64,000 nucleotides of DNA from Eledone cirrhosa (taxonomy: Eukaryota): assembly GCA_964016885.1 (NCBI GenBank), contig OZ024742.1, forward strand, positions 91,450,001-91,514,000, in the 5' to 3' direction. Shown one piece after another: positions 1-15,547 of this stretch (positions are counted from its first letter, which is position 1; each line of letters begins with the position of its first letter). The translations under genes were made by a program, and so were the position numbers. The notes under the pieces were generated by a model. That model ran no database searches. It worked only from the letters and a program-made list of their open reading frames with translations, and was not told the DNA's origin.

Positions 1-31
1 CAATATTTATTTATAAAACTGCTCTATATTA

Positions 32-96
32 TATTTTATCTGATGAAAGCACACCTTAATTTAACTTGGTGTCCTTGAAATATGTATAATGAAATA
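32..96 (+). ncRNA. Type I hammerhead ribozyme (family A)
   Basis: TATTTTAT-CTGATGA-[AAG.ACACC...GGTGT.CTT stem II]-GAAA-TATGTA-TA-ATGAAATA: 8-bp stem I, intact core, AUA cleavage triplet; a paralogue at 54478-54530 has lost stem III. Confidence 0.7.
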
Positions 97-296
97 AATA
101 TGGTTTTATAAATATAGTTTCCATTTGTTAATATATCGTATATATATATATATATATTGTTATACTTTGGGAGGGTCATGTTGCCAATAAGAAACGTACG
201 CACCAGTTGCTTTCACTTCAATTTATTATAATAAATTTATAAATTTAGGAATTTATAAATTTCCGGTTGGTTGGTTTTCATATATATATATATGAA

Positions 297-401
297 AACG
301 TTCAGAGTCTTGAACATTTTCCTATTACCCACTCTACTACCCTAAGTATTGAGTACTCTGATGCGTTATGGTCCATCTGGTTCCTTACTACACTTCCTTC
401 G

Positions 402-404
<3 letters not shown>
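297..404. repeat. TA-flanked repeat family (CCTATTACCCACTCTACTACC...TTCCTTCGTTA), related to the half-hammerhead palindrome family
   Basis: Clear similarity to 28151-28250, 42690-42772 and 46345-46428. Confidence 0.75.
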
Positions 405-447
<43 letters not shown>

Positions 448-612
448 ATTCATGTAGAATTGGGGGTAACCACCGTAAATAAGATACTTAATACATAAAT
501 AGAGTAAGAACAACGAAAATTTAATATAGAAAACGTTTCTACAGGACTAGAAATATTTTATTCGCATGAAATATATATATATATACGCATGTATGTATGA
601 ATATATATATAA

Positions 613-1633
613 TAAATCATGTCTTATGAATCATCAGATATTAAAATATATACTATTTCTTCTTCTAATCAGCATAATTAACCATATACAAAATACATCC
701 TAGCAAGTTATAAGAATAAATTCTCTTATGGGGAAATCTCCGACAAATAATCGATCGTAGCCTCTTCGCGTCGGCCCCGTTCCATTATTTATCCAACATT
801 TCGACAGCATGTAGGATCCGACTAAATATACCATCAACCACACATAATTAGTAGTAAAATTAAACTTAGAAGAAATGCGCACATACCGTAATTATATCTC
901 TACCATGGTTTCTTCCTTATTTAGGACTTCCAAATAATATGGATGCTCAAAGTTAGGTTTCATCAGGAGATAAACTCAAAAATCAGACATCTAGTTTTTC
1001 TAACCGATCGCGCCAAATTTAGATTCAAAAATGGCTAAAATCACTATGTAGTTGTGTTCCAGCCAGAGAGAAAGAGTGTGATTGGTTGCTTACGGCGGGT
1101 AGGCTTGCTGCTAGAAAGCGCAGCCATATATCGCCAAATTTAATCTCAACCAATTGGGAGATTATTAAATATAAAGGTTATCATATACATAAAGTTAAAG
1201 ATATATATATGTTGCAACTGTTCACTTTTAAGCTCTATGAAGAATTAATAAATTAAAATCAAAAAATCAGAGCATTATATCATAAATCATGTCTTATGAA
1301 TCATCAGATATTAAAATATATACTATTTCTTCTTCTAATCAGCATAATTAACCATATACAAAATCGACCCTAGCAAGTTATAAGAATAAATTCTCTTATG
1401 GGGAAATCTCCGACAAATATTCGATCGTAGCCTCTTCGCGTCGGCCCCGTTCCATTATTTATCCAACATTTCGACAGCATGTAGGATCCGACTAAATATA
1501 CCATCAACCACTCATAATTAGGAGTAAAATTAAACTTAGAAGAAATGCACACATACCGTAATTATATCTCTACCATGGTTCTTCCTTATTTAGGACTTTC
1601 AAATAATATGGATGCTCAGAGTTAGGTTTCATC

Positions 1634-1636
<3 letters not shown>
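613..1636 (-). mobile_element. Non-autonomous HHR-bearing element, partial tandem (period ~670 bp) inserted in (TA)n
   Basis: 613-966 is repeated at 1283-1635; (TA)n on both sides; HHR in the repeat. Confidence 0.7.
892..974 (-). ncRNA. Type I hammerhead ribozyme with long stem II (family B)
   Basis: Reverse complement TTTATCTC-CTGATGA-(47 nt)-GAAA-CCATGG-TA-GAGATATAA; stem I ATCTC/GAGAT, palindromic stem III CCATGG; stem II closure is weak; the second copy (1562-1636) has GAAA->GAA and is cut by (TA)n. Confidence 0.6.
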
Positions 1637-1709
<73 letters not shown>

Positions 1710-2303
1710 ATATGTATATATATATATATGTATGTATCTTCCCTTGTCCACATTTTGAATTTGGGAAAAGGCATGTGATAGTTGAGGCATTAGCCACTGC
1801 TAACAATAGAAGCTTACTACATCATACCACACCGGGTCAAGGCACAGAACGTAAACCGGTTGATAATATGAATCCCCAGTTCGGTCTTCAAACAACAACA
1901 ACTTGCATACTTGCGCAAGTAGGATTGTTGATTTTGGATTTCATAGAAACCTGTCGGAGAAACGACGATCTGCCTCCGAGATAGTCCAGGGTTGTTTTCT
2001 TAACCTGTTGGTTTTCTCGTTGCTTCGGTGTCGTGGCTAGGCTTGCCTGCCACAGTTTTCAATTTGTCATGCCGTCTAACGAATGTTATTACTCTGAGAT
2101 TCCTCACGGAGTGCTTGGCTGATTAATCTCTGATTGTATCTCGTTGGCTTGGCTACAGCCGAAGCTTCGATTTTACTAAACTTCCATTTATGTTATACTA
2201 GCTGAAGTACCCAGCTTCGCCAAGATTAACAAATGATAAGAGAAGAGCGGCAGAAGAGAAAACGTCTGTATTGAATGCATTGTCTTGTATACAGTGTGTG
2301 TGT

Positions 2304-2420
<117 letters not shown>

Positions 2421-3096
2421 GTGTGTAAACCACCCTTGGAATCTGAGACATAGGCCGCGAAACACGATCATCACTGACAACGAACTCGCAGAGAGAATCC
2501 TTTGTGGTTGATTCCAAACCTGCTAGAAATAGCAGTCAGGTTGGTTAGCATACGTGGTATGTCTTTCTTCTTCTTTGGTGTTATAAAATTAGTGTCAATA
2601 AACTTTCCTCGAGATACTCTTATCCCAATCCTGTACATACTTTCCGATTATCACTTTTCGTTTTTTCTGTGTGATACGCGAAGGAACCAACCAACAAACA
2701 TCTCTCTTTTATATCTCTTTTATTTGTTCATTCAAAATATTTTCCACCTAATTCTGTCGTACAATATACATCAGCAATCGTTATCTAATGTTTAAAACAT
2801 ATGAATAGCTGCGATATATGCACCATATCAATCAAAATCGATATGAGAATTGAATACCATACTAAAGCACCAGTCAGCTTGCTAAGAACCTGCAGATAGA
2901 AATGTTAATAAATACAACATTTGGCTTGGGTAAACTTTAAGATGTTCTTTCATTGTAGGTTTCTTTTCTCAGCCAGTACGTTAAAGAAAATTGATAGTTA
3001 CAACAATAAAGGTTGAACAGAGAACAAATTTTTAACAAACTTTACAATAATTTGTACAACCATAATGGAAATCCCAAGTAACAGAAAATACATAAA

Positions 3097-3287
3097 TTAC
3101 ATTGCTAGAGCCTCAGAGTATACAATAATTTTTGTTCGGCCCTCGTGAGCTAAGATGAAGAGATTGTTTGGCGAGCTTACTCTAGAGCATCCTACATACA
3201 ATTGACCATGGTTTTCTCAGATGAAGGCCAACCAATTTTAGGGTTTGAGCCTGAGCTTTGTTGATGGTAATCGCGAAGCTTAGTCTC
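3097..3287 (-). mobile_element. Helitron PIF1-like helicase C-terminal remnant
   Basis: Manual translation RLSFAITINKAQAQTLKLVGLHL..HGQLYVGCSRVSSPNNLFIL...TKIIVYSEAL*, with one frameshift; these are the hallmark C-terminal motifs of Helitron RepHel. Confidence 0.85.
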
Positions 3288-4626
3288 TCTGTTGCTCTAG
3301 TAACATATTTTCTTCTGGAAAATCTGATCTTGCGGCCAGGCTAGGACTTTTTGGATGGCATATCGGCAGTAACAATGACGATAAGCTGTCTGTGCTTTCG
3401 TGAAATAAATACGTTTGTTTATATTTTGTTTTTGTGTATGCAAAAATATCTGGACACGAATATATAATTATATATATATATTAAAATAACAGATTAAAGT
3501 TTAAGCAAATAATCACTGCTTTCACCCTTAACGGAATCTTCTGAAACTAAAAAAATCAATCTGTGAACGCAGAAGTAAATATTTCAAAAAACGTTGCAAC
3601 TGAAAGAAAACAGGAAGATGATACTTTGGTTCGCGAAGACGTTAGGAATGTCGTATAACCGGAAGTGTTGACATTTGAAAACTTTAAAGAAGTGAATATT
3701 TAAATGTCTTTAATCTTTTAACAAAATTCAATAGACAAAAACACCCTCACTCTCTTACTTGGAAAAAGTTACATCTATTGTGCAAATTTGGTGCTTTTTG
3801 GTCCAGCCGCTTGTAAGTTTGTTACTTACATACGGCCGTCAGCTTTATAGTATATATATATAGCTGCATACAAACGCACACACACATATCTATATACGTA
3901 CATGTATATGCAGCGAAATCTATCCATACCATGACACCTGGGTGACATTTAACGGTCACCTTTTGGCGTAAACAAGTCTGTGCGTTGGCGATCTCTCGAG
4001 GTCACCCCTGTGGTTCTCAAGGCAGGGGACAGAGGAAGCCACAGAAGCCAAATAAAAGGCAGTTCGGAACAGTTTCTGATCGAGTAACGATGTAAAACAT
4101 TTGCTTTCTACAGGTACCTTGGGGTCTACAGTCTCTTACTATCTCTCTCTCTCTCTCTTCTGGTCTTACAGACTCTTACTTTCTCTTACCCTCTCTCTTT
4201 TACCCAATCTCTATCTCTAGGTCTCTCGCTTAACCAAGACAGTGAAGTTTATGAAGTTTTCTTGGTAAATACAATGTTATTCTACTTTTACAAACAAACA
4301 AATAACGTACATAATCCCTGTGTATTTTAGTATAATTCCGGCGTGAGTTATTTTCAATAAATTAATAATATAGCGGTTTGGTGTTATCGTTGTTCATTTA
4401 TATATATTCATTTTCTGCGTGATCAAGAAACTATCACATCATCATCATCTTATTGAACACTTACTCACTTAACTGCACACATGTAAACTCTGGTCACACT
4501 GTAGCACACACAAGTGACCGCACGACACAACAAGCTACAAGTGAGCACGCACGTAACAAACGAATCAACACCAAACACAGTCAACTCACCAACACGACCA
4601 AACAAATAATCGCTATATATATACAT

Positions 4627-4740
<114 letters not shown>

Positions 4741-4753
4741 TATATATATATAA

Positions 4754-4794
<41 letters not shown>

Positions 4795-5410
4795 GAAAAA
4801 AGGGATTGTACAAGACAAAGACAACGTAAAAAAAACAACAAAAAAACAACGGAAAAACGGTTAGTTCTTTTTCTCAGTCAATCTTTGGAAATCACTATAG
4901 TTTCTGTTCTTCCAGGTTGATGCTTTTCATTTCAGTGAGTATTAGGACGCAGAAAAATAGGTAGACAACGGGTAATAAATACCAGGCAATTGTATAAATA
5001 AAGACGAAAAAAGAAAAAAACTGCTACAGACTAAAGTGCATCAACTGAAATGACTGAGATAGATAGAAATGGTGCGCGGCAGTTTAGCCAAAGGAGAAAA
5101 ATATTGAAAGAAAATAAAAATAAAAATAAAAATAAAAATAAAAATAAAAATAAAAATAAAAATAAAAATAAAAATAAAAATAAAAATAAAAATAAAAAGA
5201 AAAATAAAAAGAAAAAGAAAATGAAAAAGAAAAAGAAAAATGAAAAATGAAAAAGAAAAATGAAAATAAAAAGAAAAAGAAAAAAGAAAAAGAAAAAAGA
5301 AAAAGAAAAAGAAAAAATATAGACTACTGTCTAACGTCCAGACATATTTGTATATATGTAAACGCGTGCGCACACAAACACATACACACATACACTCGCA
5401 CACACACACG

Positions 5411-5474
<64 letters not shown>

Positions 5475-5876
5475 TAGTTATTCTTTTAGCAAATTGCTCG
5501 GATTATGCGTCCTGTCACCTCACTCAGTTCGAAAGAAAATAGCTGTGCTAATATTGAAATACGTGTCCTTTTGAACGTTTTGCTTGGCGCCCTCTACCAT
5601 CTATCATCGTGCAATAATCTCATTGACGATATTAGATAGACACACTCCCTGTTTAAACGATCCTAAAACTGATGCGCCTTATCTTGGCTAAGAATAAAAG
5701 AACTTTGCTTGTTTTGGCCAGGAAAAAGAACTGAAACTGTTTTAGGACGCCAAACATAAGATTTTATTTAAAACAACTATAATTAATCTCTCTCTCTCTC
5801 TGTCTCTGTCTGCCCCCTCTCTCTTTCTCTCCCTCTTACTCTCTCTCTTTCATATATATATATATATATATTATAT

Positions 5877-5936
<60 letters not shown>

Positions 5937-6110
5937 TTATTTCCACAACAAATTAGCAAACCCTACTTGAGGACTTGTGTTTCACCTAGATGAGTGCACC
6001 TTATATGAGTTGATAGCTCAACTATATAAAGACAAAGAATATTTCAATTCATTATAGGTAAAAGACAGTTCAGAGTTTAATCCAATTTCAATTACACTAG
6101 TTTTACAATA

Positions 6111-6193
<83 letters not shown>

Positions 6194-6217
6194 CATCAGA
6201 TGTACGTGTATATATAT

Positions 6218-7225
<1,008 letters not shown>

Positions 7226-7227
7226 AT

Positions 7228-7272
<45 letters not shown>

Positions 7273-7479
7273 CTCGGAATTTGCGTTACGTTTCGCTTTT
7301 TCTACCCGCCGAAATGCGATTCTCGCTGAATTTATATATATATATATATATATATGGTGGCTGCCAACTCGTTTTCGAGTACGGCCACTACTTTATATCC
7401 ATGTAGGAGAACTCCTACCGATGCGCTGAACGAGTGTGACTTTTTAGTCTAGCCAGCGACTTGAAAACTCTGGTACAAA

Positions 7480-7767
7480 CACTACACTTGTGACAATTAT
7501 TGATACATAGTGCTGGGCCCTTGGTACCATGTGACGACAAGTGCAGAGAGATCTCCGGATATAAAGCAATGCCTGTGCCGTGAAGTTTTTATAGTGAGCA
7601 AAGGCACTGCACAAAGCCAGTCCCACTCTCTTAACCAAGATGATATTTACCAAAAAGAAGAACAAGTCAACATCATTGGATACCATCAGAGTTGCAGGTG
7701 TTATATCAGAGTTTTCCTTCTCCTAGAATTTTGCCTTGACAAAGGCTAAGGAGTCATCTCTCCCGGT
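7480..7767. repeat. Interspersed repeat shared with 15640-15880 (possibly the 3' end of an RLE LINE)
   Basis: Collinear similarity (GTGAAG..ACTG..AGCCA.TCCCACTC..AAAAGAAGAA..TCAACATCAT.GG..CCTAGAA..GACAAAGGCTA). Confidence 0.5.
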
Positions 7768-9148
7768 GTGTGTATGTATGTATGTGTATATATATATATA
7801 TATATACACATACATACACATATATATATACATATATATACACACACACATATATATATATATATCTGTATGAATGTCTGTTTATGTGAGTGTTTGTATG
7901 TGTGTATGTGCGTGTGTTTGTAAGTTTGTATGTATGTATGTAGGTATGTATGCATGTATGTATGCATGTGTTTCTAGTGCGGTTATGTGTGCATATCTAA
8001 ATACTATTATGAAATGGATTGCTATATTGTCACTTTTAAGATATTTTTAGAATTTAAAGCGAATTAGGGAGTGGGAGAGTGAGCGTGATACAGGAAGTTT
8101 AGTGAGAAAGAGAACGATAGATAGGCAGGCAATGAGAGAGTGTGGTTGTCTGTAAAGGAGAGGATATTTTGGTGATATTTGCATGATTTGTACTGCAAGA
8201 TTTCTTCTTTCCCGAGTTCCTCTGATTGGTGGAGCTGTGTAAATACGTAATCGAGTACAAGAAAAGATCAGTTCACTTCCTCTTCAAAGCCATTCCTTTC
8301 CTGTCCTGACATGCAATACTTATTAATGACCAAACAAGACTTGTTTAGCATGCTACACACAAACTGCACTGAACATTAATTAGTTAAGTGTCTACTTAAA
8401 ATTAAAAGGAAAAAGAAAACTTAAATGCATGTCAGTACAAGCAGTCTAACTTCCTGTATAAATAGTACATATGTTGTTGAATATGGTGGTGGTGGTGGTG
8501 GTGAGGGCAGGGTTAAGTGTCCATGGTGGAAAGGTGTACTGGAGGGAATCGTTTTAAGACCAAAACCCTTTAAAATAAAAAAAAAAGGGAAATTAACAAA
8601 ATTCTTTCAAGTAAGAAATATACGTCGCAGTGAACGTTTTTCTCCATTTGAAATGGATCTCTGTCAGTTTCGACGATTATTAGTATTCTGTTTGTTCGAT
8701 GAAAGGTACGGCCTGCTGGTGGAATTAAGGTGGCTGAGAATCCCACAAACAGTATGCACTTAACCTAATTCTCAGGGAGATTTAGCACGACTGAATGTGA
8801 CGAGGCTGGCCATTTGAACTTTCGGCACTGACTTTCAGACGTCCTTCCAAACAGTTCCCGCCTATCCAATTTCTCTCACAAGACATGGGTCATGATGTTC
8901 ATTCAGCTTCAGCACAAAGTGCCATATAATCGCGTGAATGCAAAGCTTAACTACACACTCGTGCCATATGGATTCATTTTACATTTTTTTTCTGAATTAT
9001 TTAAAAATTGTATTTAAATTTAATTTTTTAATCCTAGTTTTAAACTCCAAATCCAGATTGGCATGGCATGGCCCGGTAACTCTTGATGGAGTCGTAGCTG
9101 CACCGTATTTACGTACGGCGTTTCCTTTGCATTCTTAAACCTGGCAAG

Positions 9149-9368
9149 GGCGGTGGATTGGCAGTATCGGTAGAGGGTCGGACGCCATGCTTTGCAGTAT
9201 AGTGTTACGGCCATTTATGATCTGAGTTCAAATCCGGCCGAGGTTAACTTTGCCTTTCATCCTTACGAGGTCGATAAAATAAAGTACCAGTCATGCACCG
9301 GGGTCGATTTAATCGACTTTCCCCTACCCCCAAATTTGCTGGCCTTGTGCCTATATAAGAACCCATTC
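9149..9368 (+). mobile_element. tRNA-derived SINE with Meta-type core (full copy)
   Basis: A-box-like TGGCAGTATCGG, B-box GAGTTCAAATCC, core CTTTCATCCTTACGAGGTCGATAAAATAAAGTACCAG; more than 15 relatives in the window. Confidence 0.8.
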
Positions 9369-9656
9369 TTAAACCTGGCAGAGCCTATATCCTCTTCAGT
9401 TCTGAATGCAGTATATTTCTTTCAGAGAAGGGTAGAGACTACGAGAAAGGAAGAATCGACCTCAGTACTAGGCTGGTACTTTTTCTTATCAACCTCAAAT
9501 GGATGAAAGGCAAAGAGGACATCGGTGGAATTTTAACTCAGAGAGCAGAAAACCGAAAGGAATACCACAAATTATTCTATCCGACGTTTAAACGACTTTT
9601 CTAATTCGCTGCCTTCAAATTCGGATTAGTTTAGATGATTTATTTTCAAGATATAT

Positions 9657-10275
9657 CTTCTTCTTCTTCTTCTTCTTCTTCTTCTTCTTCTTCTTCTTCT
9701 TCTTCTTCTTCTTCTTCTTCTTCTTCTTGAGTGGGTCGTGGGAGCAGAGTCCTCAAACACGCAACCCAGCGGGTCCTGTCAAAAGCAACCGTCTCCAACT
9801 GATCCGGCGTTAACAGCGAAGCTCGTGGATGTTATCTAACCATCTTGTTCGGGGTCTACCCCTGGGTCCCTTGTCGGTTGGTTTTCGTTGCTCCTAAGAC
9901 ATCCTAACCACATGCCCATAGTATCGGAGCTGTGTTCTCTCAATTTGGAGAAATGGTGGCTCTACTTGGAGTGACTCTCTGATCTCCGAGTTACGAACTT
10001 TATCGAGTAACGTTACTCCAAAGACCCTTCGGAGGAATCCCATTTCGCCCGCTTGTATTCGAGATCGTATTCTTTCGGTCATTACCTAAGGTCCATGACT
10101 ATAGGTAAGGTTTGACACGAAAACCGAATTGAAGATAGCGAGTTTGGCTTTTACACCTTCCTCCCTCTCTCTGATTACTGAATGCTGAAACTGGCGCATC
10201 ACTGCACCAACCTTTACAATTCTTGTACTTAATTCAGCCTCCTGCCTTCCATCGCTCGTGAACATGGCCGCGAGA
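9657..10275 (-). mobile_element. RTE-clade LINE 3' fragment with (GAA)n tail
   Basis: ORF MTERIRSRIQAGEMGFLRR...LRYYGHVVRM; (TTC)n at 9657-9728 is the 3' tail; relatives at 44700-44870 and 47620-47997. Confidence 0.85.
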
Positions 10276-11360
10276 TACTTGAATTGTTCAAATTTATTAT
10301 CTAATTATTTTTTGTGTATATTTTATGAATTATTTCTTTTATACTGATATTATTTTTAACATCTGGACAACATTGATCATGCAGATTTGTGGTCAAAGTT
10401 GCTCCAGCAGGACTACTCCATTTCTTTATACAGACATATTATTGCATCATCCAATCTTTCCCACACTGTTTGTGAAAGAACGATGTAATTTTGTAGAATA
10501 TTTAACTGCTATGTCAAGCATGCCACACAGCGGTTCCCTTATTGATATAATTTGGATGTAATTTGATATTACTATTGTTGTTGATTCGACCTAGGTATGC
10601 CCCCCCCCCCCCCCCCCCAAGGAGAAGCATCTATATCAAAGAGGTTCTACCCGTAATCATCCAATGTTTTTTTTTTAATTCAGACAGCGAATATAGAAAG
10701 AATTACATTAATCAAATGTAATTCTATCGTCTAGATGAAGTTAGAATGTAAATGTAGTGGTCTACCATTCGTTCTCGGCGTCTTTCGTGAGTTCGAGTCC
10801 TAGAAATGCCTTGTTCAAAAAAGCACATCTATTTTACGTTGCTCCAGTTCACTCAGCTGAGTTTCATTTATCTTTATTTTAAAAATTTAGCTGAATCTCC
10901 CTGAGAACTATATTAAGAGTACACAAGTCTGTGAACTCCTCAGCCACGTTAATATCATGAATTGGCTATTCCGTTATTCGAAATTGGAACGCTCGTCGTT
11001 GAAGCCGACAAAGTTCCCACAGCAACCACTCAACCATCATACGTTACTTATTTCGGTCAGCTGATAGTGTTGTCAGTGTGGATAGAAGTGGGTGGAATGA
11101 TATCGGTCTTCTATTTCTGTAAATAATGACCACACTGAGGAAGAAATACATCATGTCGCCCACTAAATTCTACCTTCCTCCCCTCTCTTCCGTCCCACCC
11201 ACTGTCGTTTATAGAGACGCCAGTATATTTATAATATATTTTTGTACTCCTTGATGTTTCTTTTCCTTATTGGAACTCTAAGAAACGAGACAGAGTTGTA
11301 GTCATCATGATGCTTAGATTTTAAGTATATTGTATCTCAAACCCCACTCCCCCCTCTCTG

Positions 11361-11459
<99 letters not shown>

Positions 11460-11517
11460 TGAGAGAGAGAAAGAGAGGCCGATATGATTAGGTCGACTTA
11501 GGAATTATAATCTATTA

Positions 11518-11577
<60 letters not shown>

Positions 11578-11882
11578 CTATATATATTTATGTAAGTATG
11601 AATGGATGGTTGGATGGTTGGATGGATGGATGGATAATGTACAAGTATATCTTATCAAAAAAGCATTTGTAGACAGATACTTCCGCCAAGTTCGAATCAC
11701 TTCCGGAACTAATGATAAGGTTTTATACACTACCTCTTATCCTTTTTTGGTTTTCTTTCTTTCTTCTTTCTTTAATTTCGTTTATAAATATATTTCTTCG
11801 TAGAATAGGCGGGGTTGTTTGACAGTGGATCACTATGTATATATTATTAATATATTTTACGCACACAAAATAAGTTTGGTAG

Positions 11883-12002
<120 letters not shown>

Positions 12003-12334
12003 ATTAGAATTGGTGCTCTGAAATAGCGATGTATACATGAATATATATATAGTATATTTGGCAATATACTGTATGCTTAATTAAAAACATTTTGAAGACC
12101 TTGCGCTATTATTTTAAAGTAATGAGTATGTCACTTCTTTTTTCAACATTAAGCATACAATATATTGCCAAATATACTATATATATATTCATGTATACAT
12201 CGCTATTTCAGAGCACCAATTCTAATTTTCAATTTTTGCTGTACCGGCAATCGCTCTGTATAATCGGTTCCTGATTATTACTGGAATTCTATAAGAATCC
12301 ACATCTATAATTTTCAACAGGCATCAGCGAGTGC

Positions 12335-12380
12335 TAAGCTCTGATGATCACCAACAATGTGAAACAGATCTGTCAGCTTA
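12335..12380 (+). ncRNA. Minimal type I hammerhead ribozyme (family C, copy 1)
   Basis: TAAGCT-CTGATGA-TCACCAACAATGT-GAAA-CAGATCTG-TC-AGCTTA; perfect stem I, palindromic stem III, GUC triplet, weak stem II. Confidence 0.85.
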
Positions 12381-12650
12381 TCTCCCTTTGTTTGTTGAAA
12401 AAAGAAGTAAGTGACATAGTCACTACTTTAAAATAATAGCGCAAGGTCTTCAAAATGTTTTTAATTAAGCATACAATATATTGCCAAATATACTATATAT
12501 ATATTCATGTATACATCGCTATTTCAGAGCACCAATTCTAATTTTCAATTTTTGCTGTACCGGCAATCGCTCTGTATAATCAGTTCCTGATTATTACTGG
12601 AATTCTATAAGAATCCACATCTATAATTTTCAACAGGCATCAGCGAGTGC

Positions 12651-12696
12651 TAAGCTCTGATGATCACCAACAATGTGAAACAGATCTGTCAGCTTA
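12651..12696 (+). ncRNA. Minimal type I hammerhead ribozyme (family C, copy 2)
   Basis: Identical to 12335-12380, 316 bp downstream. Confidence 0.85.
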
Positions 12697-12824
12697 TCTC
12701 CCTTTGTTTGTTGAAAAAAGAAGTAAGTGACATAGTCACTACTTTAAAATAATAGCGCAAGGTCTTCAAAATGTCTTTAATTAAGCATACATTATATTGC
12801 CAAATATACTATATATATATATTC

Positions 12825-12859
<35 letters not shown>

Positions 12860-12914
12860 ATATTCATATATATATATAAATACATACATTTACGCATGTA
12901 TATATGTATGTATG

Positions 12915-12947
<33 letters not shown>

Positions 12948-13837
12948 ATAATTTCTAACGGGTATAGCGTAGGTGGTATAACCGTGGCACACATAAACTG
13001 TGAGCATGGGTTCACTTCCTAGTTACAATTGTTTTTACTTATTTTACCCAATTCCTAAGGGGGCGAGTTAGCGTAAATGTCATGTTCCCCTTTTATCAAC
13101 CACCAAATTCTATGGATCTTATCTCCTATTAATGGATACCACTGATCAGGGGTGGTCACTCTAACACCAGATAGCTAATTGGTGAAGGTTTTAGAGAAGC
13201 AGTAGAAGCCTTAAGCTATGTATTCCAGTTTCTTGCATTCTGAGTTCAAATCCCGTCAATAATAATTTTGCCCTGAGTCGATAAAGTACGAGTCTTGGAC
13301 GATAGAGTCGTAAGAGCTTTGGTATATGTTTTGGTTCTTTCTGTTTTGAGTTTAAATCATACCCCGACCTACTTGATTAGTTATCTGTTTAATGTCATCA
13401 ACTGCTTCTTGAGTGAATTTAACGGAACTCTCTCTTCTCCAAACACTTGGAGTCCCAGAAGCCCTGAAAATGATTATGGTCACTGCTCTTCATCTTGACT
13501 AAAAAGTAAAAGAAATTGCATAAATGGCTGGATGAAGTATATATACCCGTAATATCCACGTTGTATACACGTTGATTATGATAAGTACCGTATTTCCCGG
13601 CGCCGAAGACGCTTTGTCCTCGAGGACAATTTTGATAATGCCCATGCTGCCAATCCACCGCTTTTTCCAGCTGTCTAATAACAATAATAATATATTCTAC
13701 CATTGATACAAGAACGCAAATTTTAGGGAAGGTCATTATTATTTTTGACCGCAAATTTATTAAATTTTCCTCTCCAACGCATTTACATACATATCAGTAA
13801 ATATAAATATACTATGTACAGTTTTGTCTGTACTTCT

Positions 13838-14003
13838 GGTGGTGGATTGGCCGTATCGGTAGAGTGTCAGACGCCAAGCTTTGCAGAGTTCAAATCCCGC
13901 CGATGTTAACTTTGCCTGTCATCCTTACGAGATCGATAAAATAAAATACCACTAATGCACTGGAGTAATTGCTGGTCTTGTGCCAAAAGGAAAAACAATT
14001 ATT
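13838..14003 (+). mobile_element. tRNA-derived Meta-type SINE
   Basis: Same A/B boxes and core as 9149-9368, internally deleted. Confidence 0.75.
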
Positions 14004-14007
14004 TTAT

Positions 14008-14116
14008 AAATCAATAGAGAGTGAGCCGGTTTCTAACATTAAGACAATACTCTTTCATTGGAAGTTAGACAACATCAACTAGGTAAATATCTATGTATGA
14101 TTGCATGCATGCGTGT

Positions 14117-14184
<68 letters not shown>

Positions 14185-14241
14185 TGTGTGCGTGTGTGTG
14201 TGTGTGTGTGTGTAGGCATGGATGTTATTCTATATGTGGAT
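14008..14241 (-). mobile_element. 3'UTR remnant of the R4/Dong-like element at 36810-40900
   Basis: CAATAGAGAGTGAGCCGGTTTCTAACA...CATTGGAA.TTAGA.AACATCAACTAGGTA..GGATGTTATT matches 36841-36970. Confidence 0.7.
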
Positions 14242-15500
14242 CTCCCCAAGTATAACAATATATATCTGTTAGACACGCAGTGACTAACAACAGAAAGTTT
14301 TAAGTCTGCGTGTCTGACATATATGCGTAGCTTGGGAATAACAAATTGAAGGGGTGTCGCTGGCCGTGGTGATCTCTGCCAAACATGTTTTGTAATGTAT
14401 CGTCTTATTGGCTAATTTCATCGTCTTATTGACTACTCAACCAACGAGAGTAATTGTTGCTCAAAAGCATCCGCGATTTTGTTTGCACGTTTATTTATCG
14501 TTTTGCTTACGAATCTTCCTCCTGTATTTCGTCGTTTATGATCAAAATATTTTTCTCGTTTTGGTAAGTTATATTGTTAATTTATATGTGATTTTTAAAA
14601 TTTATATTAGGTATTTTTTTTTCAGTTCGTTATAACATGCTTATAATATTGGTTGTATCATACTTACTTGTATATTTGTCCATATTATTGTTCGTTTTAT
14701 GTTAGATTATTTTATTATTATTATGTTAGATTATTTTTTTATTATTATGTTAGACTATTTGTATGTAATATTTAATTTTTATTAATTCAACTATAACAAT
14801 TATTATGTAAAATATATTTATTTAATATTGATTGTTTTTTGTAGTTGTTCATATTAAAGGTTTGAAAATATTTTTATACATCTTACAATAATATTTATAA
14901 GATCATTTATAAAATAACAATTATATAATCTAATTACATTACAACGATAATTTATTATTAATATATATCATGTTTAACTAGAGTTATTACAAGCGTTGCC
15001 TTAAAAAATATTAAACTAGACCGGAAAAATTGGCAAGCTCAAAAGAGCCACAGAATAATAAACCTTCAAAAGTGTGGGACTAGACGATAATTATTTAAGT
15101 GAATTTATAATATAGAATTCGGTTTAAGTGCATTTCGTATTAATCATTACTAAACATCTAATATGAGATATTGAACATTAGCTTAAATAATTATCGTGTC
15201 GTCTTGAGTTCGTTATGAGTCTCTTTTTTATAAAAGGATGCCACAGACTGTACGATAGATAATGATTACAATATTTTTTAGCAACAACTCTAGTCCCACA
15301 CGTTTGAAGGCTTATTATAACATTCTGTGGCATTTTTTTAGATTGCGCATTTTTCAGGTCTAGTATTATATGTATGTATATATATATATCCTCACAGGAT
15401 TTCACATATGTCTATACTCAATCTGCATCTCTGCATGCATCGAGTACTTCCATGATTGGTGGTCTCCTCGGACTCTCTTTGTCTCTCTCTCTGTCTCTCT

Positions 15501-15547
<47 letters not shown>

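Noticed and set aside
631-637. CTGATGA on the - strand (also at 1301) as an HHR
   Set aside because: No downstream GAAA/NUH or pairing stem I found
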